Source of the DNA: Elusimicrobiota bacterium
GTDB taxonomy: Bacteria > Elusimicrobiota > Elusimicrobia > Elusimicrobiales > UBA9959
DNA length: 64,000 bases
Reading direction: 5' to 3'
Assembly: GCA_036574205.1 (NCBI GenBank)
Contig: JAINCQ010000040.1
Span: 45,428 to 109,427, forward strand
The notes under the pieces are model-generated. The model was not told the origin of the DNA. It ran no database searches and saw nothing but the letters and a program-made list of their open reading frames with translations. Positions 28,924 through 39,594 of this stretch are shown here, piece after piece. The position numbers were made by a program, and so were the translations under genes. Position 1 is the stretch's first letter, and each line of letters starts with the position of its first letter.

Positions 28924-30900
28924 ATGACTTACCTCATTGCACTATATGGCATAAACTCAATTCTTGCTCAAACATTAATAATAAGAGAAATAGCTTCAAA
29001 TTTTTACTCCAATGAGATTTTTCTTTCACTTTCATTAGCAGGGTGGCTTGGCGGTTCAGTTTTTGGGGTATTCTTATTCAAAAATAAAAGTTATGATGAG
29101 AGGATAATTAAAACATATCATCTAGCTGTTCCTTTTTTAATAATACTTCCGATATTCATAATAAAAACGATTAAAATAAATCTCTCACCATTAGGCGAAA
29201 ATGTTGATTTTTTCACTGCTTCAATTATATCTTTTTTTTCATCGCTTATATATAGCTCCTTCAACGGGATATACTATATAGCCGCAGCAAGAAAAATTGG
29301 AACAAATGGATATACTAAAGCATATTATATAGAAGCTATTGGATATGCTATAGGTGGCTTACTGTTATATATCCTTATCCCGAAACTTACTGCTATCTGC
29401 CTGATTATTTTCACTGGAATACTAAATATCTTATTCCTGTACAAACATTATAAAAGTAAAAATCTATTTTTATTTTCCTTATTATTCATTGTCTTATCCT
29501 TTATCACATATAATGCATATTTTAAAAAATCGTATTTAAATAAGAAGATAATAGAAACCGCAAACTCAAGATTTTCCAAACTAGAAGTTTATAAAAGCTA
29601 CTCAAATACTTTTATATATTCTAACTCATCATTATGCTATCTTGATATTGATGATATATCTATTGAAAGAAAATCATACATACCAATGGTCTTTACAAAT
29701 AAAAACCCAAAAGTAGCATTATTCGGAACTGACTTAAATATCGCAAGTAAAATTCTTGAAAATGCATCAGTGTTGTATGTGGTTGATGATGATGAAAAAC
29801 TTTTTAAGATTCAGAAGAAATATGCAAAAAGCAACTTAAACAATTTATATTTCATAACTCCTCAGGATTTTTTTAAAAAAAGGAATGAAATTGATTTGAT
29901 AATAATATCAAATGGCTTCCCACAAAGTATATATTCCAACAGATTTTATACTACGGAATTTTATCATAAAATCAAAAAAACTCTTAAAAATGAAGGTATC
30001 TTATCAATAAACCTTCCTTACCCAGATTCTATTCCATCAGTAGAATTAAAATCTGCCATTAATATAGTTTTTAAAACCCTATCTGAGATTTTCACAAATA
30101 TATCTGTATTTTATGATGATGAAATAAGCTTAATAGCATCAGATTCAATAATAAAAGTAAAAACAACAGATATTTTTAGTAAAGCAAAATTTTTAAACGA
30201 AGATTATATTGATTATTTTTTAACAAAGAGATTATATTTTGATAAAAAAGATGTAAGAATAAATCACGATAAAAATCCAATTTTATTTTTTTATAGCATT
30301 CTTTATGAAACCTCAAGATTTTACCCTAAAACCACTTACTTCATTACTAAAAACGCAAATCTATTATCTAAAATTCTATTTTTATTTATTACCATAATTT
30401 TAATACTAATATTTTTTAAAAACAGAAATGCTGCTTCTATGGCGATAACTTCATTTAGTATGATGTCAGTAGAGATTATCTCAATATTTTTATTTCAACT
30501 AAAATATGGATATATCTACCTTGCAATAACTATAATAATTATGTTATTTATGATTGGAATTTTATCCGGCGTTGCTATATATAATGCCAAAAAGATATCT
30601 GCAAATACAAATTTAATCTCACTATTTGCTATCTCTTTACCATTTATACTTGAAAATCAACCTGGATTTTATTTAGCTGCTTTTGCGGCAGGGGCAATAA
30701 ACGGATATGTATTTTCAAAAAACATTCAAGAAAGTTTTGGGAAAGAAATAATTGTCTATGTCTTTGATATCATAGGATCTGCGATTGCAACAGCCTTTCT
30801 ACCATTCTTTTTTATATCAATCTTTGGTTTTTATTATGCGGCTATTTATATAGCAATTTTAAACCTTATTTTTCTATCCCTTAATAAAATTATCAAATAA
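28924..30900 (+). CDS. Membrane-bound spermidine-synthase-like protein (TM - methyltransferase fold - TM), degenerate
   Basis: [33 protein letters not shown]...L...[17 protein letters not shown]; Gly-rich SAM motif eroded (LFGTDLNI). Confidence 0.7.
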   Translation: MTYLIALYGINSILAQTLIIREIASNFYSNEIFLSLSLAGWLGGSVFGVFLFKNKSYDERIIKTYHLAVPFLIILPIFIIKTIKINLSPLGENVDFFTASIISFFSSLIYSSFNGIYYIAAARKIGTNGYTKAYYIEAIGYAIGGLLLYILIPKLTAICLIIFTGILNILFLYKHYKSKNLFLFSLLFIVLSFITYNAYFKKSYLNKKIIETANSRFSKLEVYKSYSNTFIYSNSSLCYLDIDDISIERKSYIPMVFTNKNPKVALFGTDLNIASKILENASVLYVVDDDEKLFKIQKKYAKSNLNNLYFITPQDFFKKRNEIDLIIISNGFPQSIYSNRFYTTEFYHKIKKTLKNEGILSINLPYPDSIPSVELKSAINIVFKTLSEIFTNISVFYDDEISLIASDSIIKVKTTDIFSKAKFLNEDYIDYFLTKRLYFDKKDVRINHDKNPILFFYSILYETSRFYPKTTYFITKNANLLSKILFLFITIILILIFFKNRNAASMAITSFSMMSVEIISIFLFQLKYGYIYLAITIIIMLFMIGILSGVAIYNAKKISANTNLISLFAISLPFILENQPGFYLAAFAAGAINGYVFSKNIQESFGKEIIVYVFDIIGSAIATAFLPFFFISIFGFYYAAIYIAILNLIFLSLNKIIK

Positions 30901-31671
30901 TCCTTTAATAAATTTTCTTTTGTCTTTTGGAAAATACAATATTGAATAGTTGCTTACTGAAAGCAATAAACAGGCATAATGCGCAATATTTGACAACACA
31001 TTTATATCATGATTAAAATTCATCAGACATTTAAGAATCTTTATATAAGCAGATTTAAAAGATATTTTTTTTATTTTAAAATCATCTGATTTACTAATAA
31101 AATTTATATTTTTAACTGGAAGCTTCATCCATTTATTGTAAGGTCTTTTCATGCTCCCCCAAAAAGGTGATGAATATGTATAAGCTCCATTCTTGTTAAC
31201 AATTATTGGCAAAAGCTCATCGCTTAGAACTTCGAAATTATCTTTTACCATTTCAGATATCGTAGTTTTTCCACTTCCACTTTTACCAACAAATAAAACA
31301 GCACTTTTGTTTATTTTTATCCCTGCAGTATGCAAAAGAAATCCATTTTTCTTAACAAGATTTACTGACATAAAAATTCTAAGAAAGCTATCAAAAGAAT
31401 AAATATTAGGTTTTATTATTAAAGTTTTACCATCAAAATAGAAATCTTCTCTTTTTATTTCAAAAATTTTTTGATTCTTAAAAACTAATTTAACAGATGT
31501 TTCTTTAAAAGAGATTTCTTTGTTTAAAATCGTTAAAATTCTAAAATTTGATTTTTGCTTTGTAAGAAAAGAATTATATCTTTGAAAAACTTCATTTAAA
31601 AAAATCTCATCTGAATTTTTAAATACAAAGCTTATACAAAAACAGGCTATTTTAATATTAATTTCTTTCAT
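30874..31671 (-). CDS. HPr-kinase-related P-loop protein
   Basis: FLLHTAG, LFVGKSGSGKTT, LSDEL, SSPFWG. Confidence 0.7.
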   Translation of the reverse strand: MKEINIKIACFCISFVFKNSDEIFLNEVFQRYNSFLTKQKSNFRILTILNKEISFKETSVKLVFKNQKIFEIKREDFYFDGKTLIIKPNIYSFDSFLRIFMSVNLVKKNGFLLHTAGIKINKSAVLFVGKSGSGKTTISEMVKDNFEVLSDELLPIIVNKNGAYTYSSPFWGSMKRPYNKWMKLPVKNINFISKSDDFKIKKISFKSAYIKILKCLMNFNHDINVLSNIAHYACLLLSVSNYSILYFPKDKRKFIKGLFDNFIKG

Positions 31672-32734
31672 CAGAAACTATATTAATAACAAGAATTTCA
31701 GCCGTTGAAAGGAAACGTAGAGGTGGTCCCCAGCTTCCTGCTCCTGAACTTACAAATAATATTGAGTTTTTATTTTTATATTCTCCACAAAAATAGTTAT
31801 AAAAAATCCTGGTAAAAAGATGGAATGGGAATATTTGTCCACAATGTGTATGTCCACTTAACATCAAGATATCATAGATTTCAGAAACCTCTTTAAAATA
31901 AAGAGGTTGATGAGAGACAAGGATATTAAAGGCATTTTTTTTGTAGTTTTTTGAAATAATATTTTTAACTGTTTCAACTTCCATGTATTTTGTTTTAATA
32001 TCGCAAAGACCAATAATATTTATATCACCTAATGACATAGCTGAATTATCTAAAACTTTAAAACCAAGTTGGTGGGTAATTTCCATTGATTTATAAATTC
32101 CGTAATAATATTCATGATTGCCAAAAACAAAAAAAACTGGAAATTTAACTTTTTTTATCCTGTATACATATTCATCCAGTTTAAATCCGGGATCAAACAA
32201 ATCTCCACCTATAATCAAGGCATCTGGTGATATTTCTTCTATTTTTTTAGTAATAGTTGAAAATAATTTATTCTTAAAACTGAAGTCAAGATGAATATCA
32301 GAAATAAAAACTAATTTATAATTTCTTGAAACATATGGAGAATATATATTAATCTCCTTTACCTTAGGGGTTTTAAAAATATTATAAAATGACTTAAATA
32401 AAATAAAAACTGAAAGAGCACATGTTATTATAAAAACTTTTTTAAATTCAAATGGATAAAATAAAGTAAGAATTTTTGCTAAAAGTATTAAAAATGAAAA
32501 TATAATTACATATCCCATCCAGACAAAAGCCAGTATATAAAGATACTCCAATAAACCACCGTTTAAAAATCTTCTTAAAAAAAGCGTTAATATACTAATC
32601 AAACACAGGGTTAAAAAAAACCTATTCCAAAAAATCTTAGTATATGCAAATTTTGAGAAGAAAGAAGATATAAAATAATGAAGATAAATGTAAAAAGCAG
32701 ATATTATAAAAAAAATAAAAAAGAATTTTTTCAT
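31658..32734 (-). CDS. Membrane-anchored metallophosphoesterase (YkuE/YaeI-like)
   Basis: N-terminal TMs; SDIH, GGDLFD, GNHE, SHQP, LSGHTH.GQ, G.GSWGPP.R. Confidence 0.9.
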   Translation of the reverse strand: MKKFFFIFFIISAFYIYLHYFISSFFSKFAYTKIFWNRFFLTLCLISILTLFLRRFLNGGLLEYLYILAFVWMGYVIIFSFLILLAKILTLFYPFEFKKVFIITCALSVFILFKSFYNIFKTPKVKEINIYSPYVSRNYKLVFISDIHLDFSFKNKLFSTITKKIEEISPDALIIGGDLFDPGFKLDEYVYRIKKVKFPVFFVFGNHEYYYGIYKSMEITHQLGFKVLDNSAMSLGDINIIGLCDIKTKYMEVETVKNIISKNYKKNAFNILVSHQPLYFKEVSEIYDILMLSGHTHCGQIFPFHLFTRIFYNYFCGEYKNKNSILFVSSGAGSWGPPLRFLSTAEILVINIVSDERN

Positions 32735-33405
32735 ATATAATTTACTGAATATTCTCCACAATTAAAAAGAAGATCAAGGGTTGAAAGATCAGCCAAAAAC
32801 TTACCGTAGAGTTGCGGATATTCTTTTACTTCAAAATCCTGCCATATAACTTTTATATCTGCTTTTTCAAACTCCTTTTCATCAAGATAACTTTTTGCGC
32901 CCCTGCCAGATAGATACATATCAGCATTTAATCTTTTACATAACTCAACCAGTCTTTCAGTAGACTTTTTATCAATATTTAAGCTTGATGAAAAAACAAA
33001 AGGAGTTTTTATATTAAGATGTTTTCTAAAAAAATCTATTAGTTTAAGTGAAATATCAATAAGTTTGTTGTAATCTGAATTATAAATTTTAACTAACTCA
33101 GGAAAATATTTATAAAAATATTTTGCTTTTGCATAATTTATCTCAATTGCTTTTAGATGTTCAGTCTTCCAATTATAACTATTATTTATCTCAACATCTT
33201 TAATAATCTGATTGAATCTTCCTTTTGTAATTACTGGAACTGTTAAATACTGAAATCCATATGATGTCTTTATCTTATTTCTATTTTGAAACTCCCTTTT
33301 TTCATATTGGACATCATCTAAGAAAACAAACAAATCGGATTGTCTCATCTTAGAAAAAAATCTAAGTCCAGGCATAAAATGGATCTGATGAGCTGATAAT
33401 ATCAT
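32731..33405 (-). CDS. WbqC family protein
   Basis: HQ..F.P...FF.K...SD.FV.LDDVQY...QNRNKI, LTVPV, YLSG.GA.SYL, LS.LDLLFNCG. Confidence 0.9.
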   Translation of the reverse strand: MILSAHQIHFMPGLRFFSKMRQSDLFVFLDDVQYEKREFQNRNKIKTSYGFQYLTVPVITKGRFNQIIKDVEINNSYNWKTEHLKAIEINYAKAKYFYKYFPELVKIYNSDYNKLIDISLKLIDFFRKHLNIKTPFVFSSSLNIDKKSTERLVELCKRLNADMYLSGRGAKSYLDEKEFEKADIKVIWQDFEVKEYPQLYGKFLADLSTLDLLFNCGEYSVNYI

Positions 33406-33486
33406 AAAAATAGTTTATCAAAAAATGGAAATTAAAGAGATAAAATTATACGCTAAAACCAAATATAAATTATTTTTTATAAAAAA

Positions 33487-34659
33487 CTACAAAGAATCAC
33501 TTTTATTTGATATAGAAAAATATAATTTTTTATGGAGATAAAAACATCTTTCAAAAGAATATTTTTTAAAACCATCTTCTTCTCTATTTATGAAATCAAA
33601 TGAATTTTTACCCATCTTAATTCTTAATTCCTCATCCTTTATAAGATCATAAATTTTAATAGCTATTTGAAGTGAATTCTGACTTTCTACAAGAAACCCA
33701 TTATACCCATCCTGAACTAAATCTTTAAGTCCACATACATTTGAAGCAATAACAGGTTTTGATAAAAGTTCCGCAATAACAACTGCTCTTCCCATACCTT
33801 CATTTAAAGATGACTGAACATATATATCCATAATATTAATTAAATCTACAACATCTTTTCTATAACCTGTGAAAATTATTTTACTACTAACATTATCCTT
33901 TAAAGATATCTCTTTCAAATAATTAAGCTCGCTTCCATCTCCAACAATAAGGTAAACAATATCTTTATTTATATCATTTAGCATGAGTATATTCATTAAG
34001 TATTTTAAACTTCTAACAAAATATTCCATCCCTTTCACCTTCTCTAATCTACCAGCAGTTCCAGCAACAATTTTATCTTCAGAAATTAAAAGTTCCTTTT
34101 TCAAATTACGATTAGCAATTTTTATATCATAACTAATTCCACTTGGTATTACAAGCCATTTATCTTCCTTAGCAACTCCAAAGTTAATACTTTCTTTTTT
34201 TTCATTTTCAGTTAAGGCTATTAGTTTATCAGTTATCAAAGAGGATATTTTCTCAATAAACAAAAATAGATAAGATTTTAATCTATTAAAATACCCATAG
34301 AATATATGACCATGAGGAGTGTGAATTATTTTAATTCTTCTAAAATGAGTTAAATTATAAAAAAAAGCCGTCCATCTACCAATAATACCTGCTTTTGAAG
34401 TATGAGTATGGATAATATCTGGTTTTTCTTTTTTTATTATATTAAATATTTTCCAAAAAGTTTTTAAATCATAAATTAAATTTATTTCTCGTCTTAAAGT
34501 TGGAATATGATAACTTTTAAATTTAAAATTTCTTAGAGCACTTCCTCCATAAATTAAAATAATATCATTCCCTTCATTATAAAAACCTTCAGCAAGTTCT
34601 ATTAAATTCTCGCTTGATCCGCCCCAATCAAGCCTTGTTATAATATATATCAATTTCAT
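33487..34659 (-). CDS. GT4 family glycosyltransferase
   Basis: ITRLDWGG, HTHTSKAG, HTPHGH, GRLEKVKG, EGMGRAVV.A..L. Confidence 0.9.
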   Translation of the reverse strand: MKLIYIITRLDWGGSSENLIELAEGFYNEGNDIILIYGGSALRNFKFKSYHIPTLRREINLIYDLKTFWKIFNIIKKEKPDIIHTHTSKAGIIGRWTAFFYNLTHFRRIKIIHTPHGHIFYGYFNRLKSYLFLFIEKISSLITDKLIALTENEKKESINFGVAKEDKWLVIPSGISYDIKIANRNLKKELLISEDKIVAGTAGRLEKVKGMEYFVRSLKYLMNILMLNDINKDIVYLIVGDGSELNYLKEISLKDNVSSKIIFTGYRKDVVDLINIMDIYVQSSLNEGMGRAVVIAELLSKPVIASNVCGLKDLVQDGYNGFLVESQNSLQIAIKIYDLIKDEELRIKMGKNSFDFINREEDGFKKYSFERCFYLHKKLYFSISNKSDSL

Positions 34660-34661
34660 AT

Positions 34662-35696
34662 TTATATCTCATTAAAAGTTCTGATAATATCCTCCACTCC
34701 TATTTTTTTCACACAAATCATATAATCTTCTCCTTTATTTGGACATCTATATTTATCACATGGGGAACAGAAAACTTTTTTTGAAATTGCATATACAAAA
34801 TTATTATTGTAAGATTTTCCTCTTTCAAAGTTTGTAGAACCAAGCAACAAGATAACCTTTTTTCCTAAAAGAGAAGCTATGTGATATGTAGCTGAATCAA
34901 CAGAAATAACGATATCAGAGTGTTTTATATATAATATCCATTCTACAAACGAAAGATCATTTAATCCTATAATATTAGATGAGTTTAAATTTGCTAATAT
35001 TTCTTTTAATTCCAGTAAAAATTCTTTAGTTCCAATTAAAAAAATGATATGTTTTTCATTTTTTATAAGAAAGTTGATTAATTCCCTCCATTTATAATTA
35101 TCAAATTTTTTAGAAGGAACATTTGTAAAAGGATTTATTAAAATTATTTTCTTACCTTCAAAATTCTTTAGATTTTCTTTTATTTTCAACTCAATATCAT
35201 TTCCATACCAGATTATTTCATTATAATTAACATCTTCATCAAAAACACCTATTTTATTGAAAAGCAAGGAATAATAAAAATAATAACTTTTCTTAAAATC
35301 ATCTTCTATATACTCATCATAATAATTTAAAAAGTCAGTTTTTAATCCAATGCTCTTTTTAAATCTTAGGAACTTTAAAAATAACAACATTTTAATATGG
35401 CCAGAAAGGCTATAAACACCATGAGTATTTAAAACAACATCATAATAATTTTCTCTAATTTTTTTTATAATCTTAAATAAATCAGCATTCCAAATACTTA
35501 CATAATTCTTTCTTGTTTTTAAATAAAAAACATTTCTAACATAAGGACACTTTTTAGCATAATTATAAACCCTATCTGAAACTAATAAATCTATATTTAC
35601 ATCTGGTTTTTGTTTTTTAGTTAAATAAATCCATCTTATAAGTTCAAAAAAATCCCCTATACCTGCAACATTTAAAATAAGATAATTCATAGTCAT
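34662..35696 (-). CDS. GT9 family (heptosyltransferase-like) glycosyltransferase
   Basis: GIGD, INPF...PSK, SVDSATYHIA..LG, CSPC..C..C. Confidence 0.85.
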   Translation of the reverse strand: MTMNYLILNVAGIGDFFELIRWIYLTKKQKPDVNIDLLVSDRVYNYAKKCPYVRNVFYLKTRKNYVSIWNADLFKIIKKIRENYYDVVLNTHGVYSLSGHIKMLLFLKFLRFKKSIGLKTDFLNYYDEYIEDDFKKSYYFYYSLLFNKIGVFDEDVNYNEIIWYGNDIELKIKENLKNFEGKKIILINPFTNVPSKKFDNYKWRELINFLIKNEKHIIFLIGTKEFLLELKEILANLNSSNIIGLNDLSFVEWILYIKHSDIVISVDSATYHIASLLGKKVILLLGSTNFERGKSYNNNFVYAISKKVFCSPCDKYRCPNKGEDYMICVKKIGVEDIIRTFNEI

Positions 35697-35717
35697 ATTC
35701 AAAAAACTAATAACCTA

Positions 35718-36776
35718 CTAGACTAAGCTATTTAAAACCTCTTTAACATTACAAAGAAAATTCTCAAGTTTAAAACGTGACAAATCAATATTCTTTTTTT
35801 CTATATCCTCCTTTAATAGTTTTATTATTCTTTCTTTAAGTTCATCTACATCATCTGGATTAAAATAAAACACCATATCTCCAAGTATTTCTGGTAAAGA
35901 AGATTTATTGGAAGAAAGAACCCTTGCGCCACAACTAACAGCTTCAAGGGGAGGATAACCAAAACCCTCATAAAGTGATGGGAAAACAAACAGACTGCAC
36001 ATTGAATATAAAGCTTTTAAATCATCATCTTCAACATAACTTAAAACTTTTGCCAGTGGATATTCATTTTTTATATCTTTAAAACCAACTAAAATAAGCA
36101 AATATTCTTTTTTTATATTTTCAGGCAAAAGTTTATAAGCCTCATAGAGTGTTTTTATATTTTTATGCGCAGAGTTATTGCCAACATGCAGGATATACTT
36201 TCTATCAATTTTAAACTTTTGCTTAACAGAATCCGTTTTTTCTTTGCTTTGCGGTTTAAATGAATCTTTGATAGGAAGATATATTACCTTTATTTTTTCT
36301 TCATTTATATCAAAAAAAGAAAGGATATCCTTCTTTGTGTTATAGGAAGAAGTTATAATAATATTTGTTCGTGCAGTAAAATATTTAATGAAATTTTTAA
36401 TATAAAACTTGTTTATAAGTTTGCTTTTATATGGTTCTATCTTTAAATAAGTAACATCAAAAACACTTGTAATTACAGGAATTTTTGTAAAAATTGGATA
36501 TTTATAATAAGGTGAAAAATAAATATCTGGTTTAATCTTTTTTATTAATCTACTAATTGCAATTTGTTCAGAAATAAAAGGGAATGAATCATTAATTATA
36601 TGTTTTTCAAAGTTAATCAATAAAGATTTATCAAAATCAGTTTTTTTATTCCCGACCAAAATAAACTCAAAATCCTTAAAGTAATCCTTATTCTCCAGAA
36701 TAGCTAAAACAAATCTACCTATACCGCTAAACTTTTTCCTTTCAAGTTCTCTCACATCAAAAAGGATCTTTTTCAT
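35718..36776 (-). CDS. GT4 family glycosyltransferase (mannosyltransferase-like)
   Basis: SGIGRF, HKNI, FPSLYEGFGYPPLEA..CG, SSLPEI. Confidence 0.9.
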   Translation of the reverse strand: MKKILFDVRELERKKFSGIGRFVLAILENKDYFKDFEFILVGNKKTDFDKSLLINFEKHIINDSFPFISEQIAISRLIKKIKPDIYFSPYYKYPIFTKIPVITSVFDVTYLKIEPYKSKLINKFYIKNFIKYFTARTNIIITSSYNTKKDILSFFDINEEKIKVIYLPIKDSFKPQSKEKTDSVKQKFKIDRKYILHVGNNSAHKNIKTLYEAYKLLPENIKKEYLLILVGFKDIKNEYPLAKVLSYVEDDDLKALYSMCSLFVFPSLYEGFGYPPLEAVSCGARVLSSNKSSLPEILGDMVFYFNPDDVDELKERIIKLLKEDIEKKNIDLSRFKLENFLCNVKEVLNSLV

Positions 36777-37797
36777 AAATTATTTCTAATTTTTTAATAT
36801 AATTTAAAACATCAAAGTTAAATGACTTTATTTTAGCATTATCAGAGATTTTTTTATATAAATTTCCATCACTTAATACTTTCTCAATAGCAAGTTTTAA
36901 AGATTCAGCATTCGTTTTTACCAGAATGCCATCTATGCCATCTATAATAATTTCAGAAGGGCCTCCCATATCTGTGGCTATAACTACTTTTCCCATAGCC
37001 ATTGCCTCAATTATAACCCTTCCAAATGGTTCTGCCTCAACAGAGGGATTTACAACTATATCACATATATTTATATAATCATAGACATTTTCAACAAACC
37101 CCATAAATTTAATCCTTTCATATATATTAAGGGTTTTAGCAAATTCAATCAAATTATTTTTTTCACTTCCCTCTCCGCACACAATCAAAAATACATTATA
37201 TTTCAACCTGGATATAGCTTCAAATAAAATTCTATGACCTTTCCATTTTTCAAGCCTTGAAAAAACTCCAATAACTTTTAAATCCCTAGGGATATTAAGC
37301 CTTTCCTTTAATTCATCAGCTTTTATTTCAAGTCTGATATTATTTAAATCAACTGGATTATACAACACAACCACTTTTTTATCCGCATATCGAAACTTTT
37401 TTGCTACCTCATTTGATATGGCAATAATTCTATCAACAAAAAATGTTATAACTCTTTCCTTTAATGGAGATGATTCTAAAACCCTGTTATGCCATACTAC
37501 CTTTTTCTTTAATATCTTTGAGAAAAAAGCGCCCCAAAAAGTATATTTCGTACATGCAGAGTTTATATGAACTATATCAGGGTTAAATTCTTTTATCTTT
37601 CCGAAAAGTTCATACGTTTTTACGAATTCAACTTTAACACCATTTTTTTCAAGAATGTCTTTAAATAAATAATCTTTTTTTAAGAAAACAACAAAATCAT
37701 ATTTTTCTTTATCAATATTCTTTATGATAGTTAAAAGACTTATCTGACCGCCACCAGGAGGATTAAGAGGCTCATCTATATAAATTATTCTTTTCAT
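36757..37797 (-). CDS. GT4 family glycosyltransferase
   Basis: GGGQISL, SRLEKWKGH, EPFGRVIIEAMA.G. Confidence 0.9.
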   Translation of the reverse strand: MKRIIYIDEPLNPPGGGQISLLTIIKNIDKEKYDFVVFLKKDYLFKDILEKNGVKVEFVKTYELFGKIKEFNPDIVHINSACTKYTFWGAFFSKILKKKVVWHNRVLESSPLKERVITFFVDRIIAISNEVAKKFRYADKKVVVLYNPVDLNNIRLEIKADELKERLNIPRDLKVIGVFSRLEKWKGHRILFEAISRLKYNVFLIVCGEGSEKNNLIEFAKTLNIYERIKFMGFVENVYDYINICDIVVNPSVEAEPFGRVIIEAMAMGKVVIATDMGGPSEIIIDGIDGILVKTNAESLKLAIEKVLSDGNLYKKISDNAKIKSFNFDVLNYIKKLEIIYEKDPF

Positions 37798-38572
37798 TTT
37801 TCTCTGTTAATTCTAAAAATTTAATGTAAGACATAAAAACAGTTATAGCACTTGATACGCTTATAAAAAAGCCTCTCCATCCATCTAAAAAACCTTTTTT
37901 AAAAAAATATTTCAAAATAAAAAAATATATAGGTCTTATTACTAACTCTTTTACTGAAAGAAAAAAATTTGGAGTTTTATATTTAGCTAAATATTCTTCT
38001 GCATATTTAGAAGTATACCTATCAAACTTAGAGATCCAACTGCCTATTGAATCATATGAGTAATGAATTATCGGATTTTTTAAGTATCCTATCTTTTTGG
38101 TAAATATTTCACCTTCTTCATGAATATTAGGTGAAAACTTTATTTTTCCTTTAATAAAAAGCCTCGGCATATAACCAGGCCACCAGCCACAACCCCTAAT
38201 CCATTTCCCTATAAAATAATTCTTAGCAGGTAGATAAAAAACTTCTTTATCGCTAGAAAGTGATAGAAGAATTTCTTTCCTTAATTCATCTGTTATTCTT
38301 AAATCAGCATCAATAAGTAATATCCAACTGTTTGAAGCCATTTGAATAGCAAAATTTCTATCTGGCTCACATATTCCCTTAGGCTCTGTTATATATATCT
38401 TATCAGTGTAGTTTTTGGCTATCTCAACAGTTTTATCAGTTGATGATTGATCAACAACTATTATTTCATCAACCCACTTTATGCTTTCAAGACAATCTTT
38501 TATATTTTTTTCCTCATTTCTAACTATAAGCACAGCACTTATTTTTTCTTTTCTCTTTATTATTTCATTCAT
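37772..38572 (-). CDS. GT2 family glycosyltransferase (WaaE/KdtX-like)
   Basis: RNEEKNI..CLES..W.DEIIVVD..S.D.T, IDAD, HE, GFLDG..G. Confidence 0.88.
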   Translation of the reverse strand: MNEIIKRKEKISAVLIVRNEEKNIKDCLESIKWVDEIIVVDQSSTDKTVEIAKNYTDKIYITEPKGICEPDRNFAIQMASNSWILLIDADLRITDELRKEILLSLSSDKEVFYLPAKNYFIGKWIRGCGWWPGYMPRLFIKGKIKFSPNIHEEGEIFTKKIGYLKNPIIHYSYDSIGSWISKFDRYTSKYAEEYLAKYKTPNFFLSVKELVIRPIYFFILKYFFKKGFLDGWRGFFISVSSAITVFMSYIKFLELTEKNEKNNLYR

Positions 38573-39594
38573 AGTATTCTTTTTAACCTCCCAAAATCAA
38601 AAGAAAGATCGGAAATGGCTTTAAAGAATGGATAAATAATAAAAATAAAAACTTTACTCCCTGCTTTATAATCATAATATTTAAAATAATCAAACATAAA
38701 CCGTGCTCTATAAAGTACAAGCAAATACCACATGAAAAATACATAAACAAAAACATAGATATTAGTTATTAAAGAAACTGTTAATACAAACAAAACCTTG
38801 AGAAGAAAACTTGTTCTTAAAAAATAACTCAGATGACTTTTGTGGGAAAGCAGTAAATCAGCATCAGAAATTCCCCTTCTAATATACCATCTTATATAAT
38901 CGAAAATCTTATTAGGTGAGTAATGCCATACAAATACCGATGGCATATATAAAAATCTGTTTCTACCAAATTTTTCAATTACTCTTAAACAAAATTCGCT
39001 ATCCTCACTACCATATCTATTTGCTTCGTCAAATCCTCCAAGCTCTTCAATTATGCTTTTCTTAATCACGGTATTGCATGTTGCAACTTGAGATAAAAAA
39101 ATATCCTTACCTTTTGAGTAAGCATGTAACTTAAAACCTCCTCCAGGATGGCCTAATACTCCGGTTATAAAACTTATAAAACCCATTTCTTTTGGAAAGA
39201 CCGCTCCCATTGCTCCAAAAATTTCTTTATTTTCTAAAAGCTTTTTTTGAGCTTTTTTTACAAATTCATCAAACCATCTATCAGTTATCTCAACATCATC
39301 ATCTATAAAAACAATATATTCATAACTTGAGTTTTTTACCCCAATATTTCTTTGCTGCGAAAAACCTTTATGCTGTGGTAAAACCCTTATTTGCTTTACA
39401 AAATCGTAGTTTAACTTAAAAAACTCTTTACTTGCATCAACTACAACTACCTCAGCCTCTTTATATACCTCAAAATATTTTAACTTATCCAAACAATTTA
39501 ATAATCTCTCATGCCTATCTGCAGTAATTATAACTATTGAAAAATTCTTCATATAACCTAATGATAACTTTCCAGTATTAAGCCAACACCTCAC
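38569..39594 (-). CDS. GT2 family glycosyltransferase with C-terminal TM segments (alternative start ATG 39552)
   Basis: SIVIIT.DR, QRN.G, FIDDD, GGFDE...GSED. Confidence 0.85.
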   Translation of the reverse strand: MRCWLNTGKLSLGYMKNFSIVIITADRHERLLNCLDKLKYFEVYKEAEVVVVDASKEFFKLNYDFVKQIRVLPQHKGFSQQRNIGVKNSSYEYIVFIDDDVEITDRWFDEFVKKAQKKLLENKEIFGAMGAVFPKEMGFISFITGVLGHPGGGFKLHAYSKGKDIFLSQVATCNTVIKKSIIEELGGFDEANRYGSEDSEFCLRVIEKFGRNRFLYMPSVFVWHYSPNKIFDYIRWYIRRGISDADLLLSHKSHLSYFLRTSFLLKVLFVLTVSLITNIYVFVYVFFMWYLLVLYRARFMFDYFKYYDYKAGSKVFIFIIYPFFKAISDLSFDFGRLKRIL

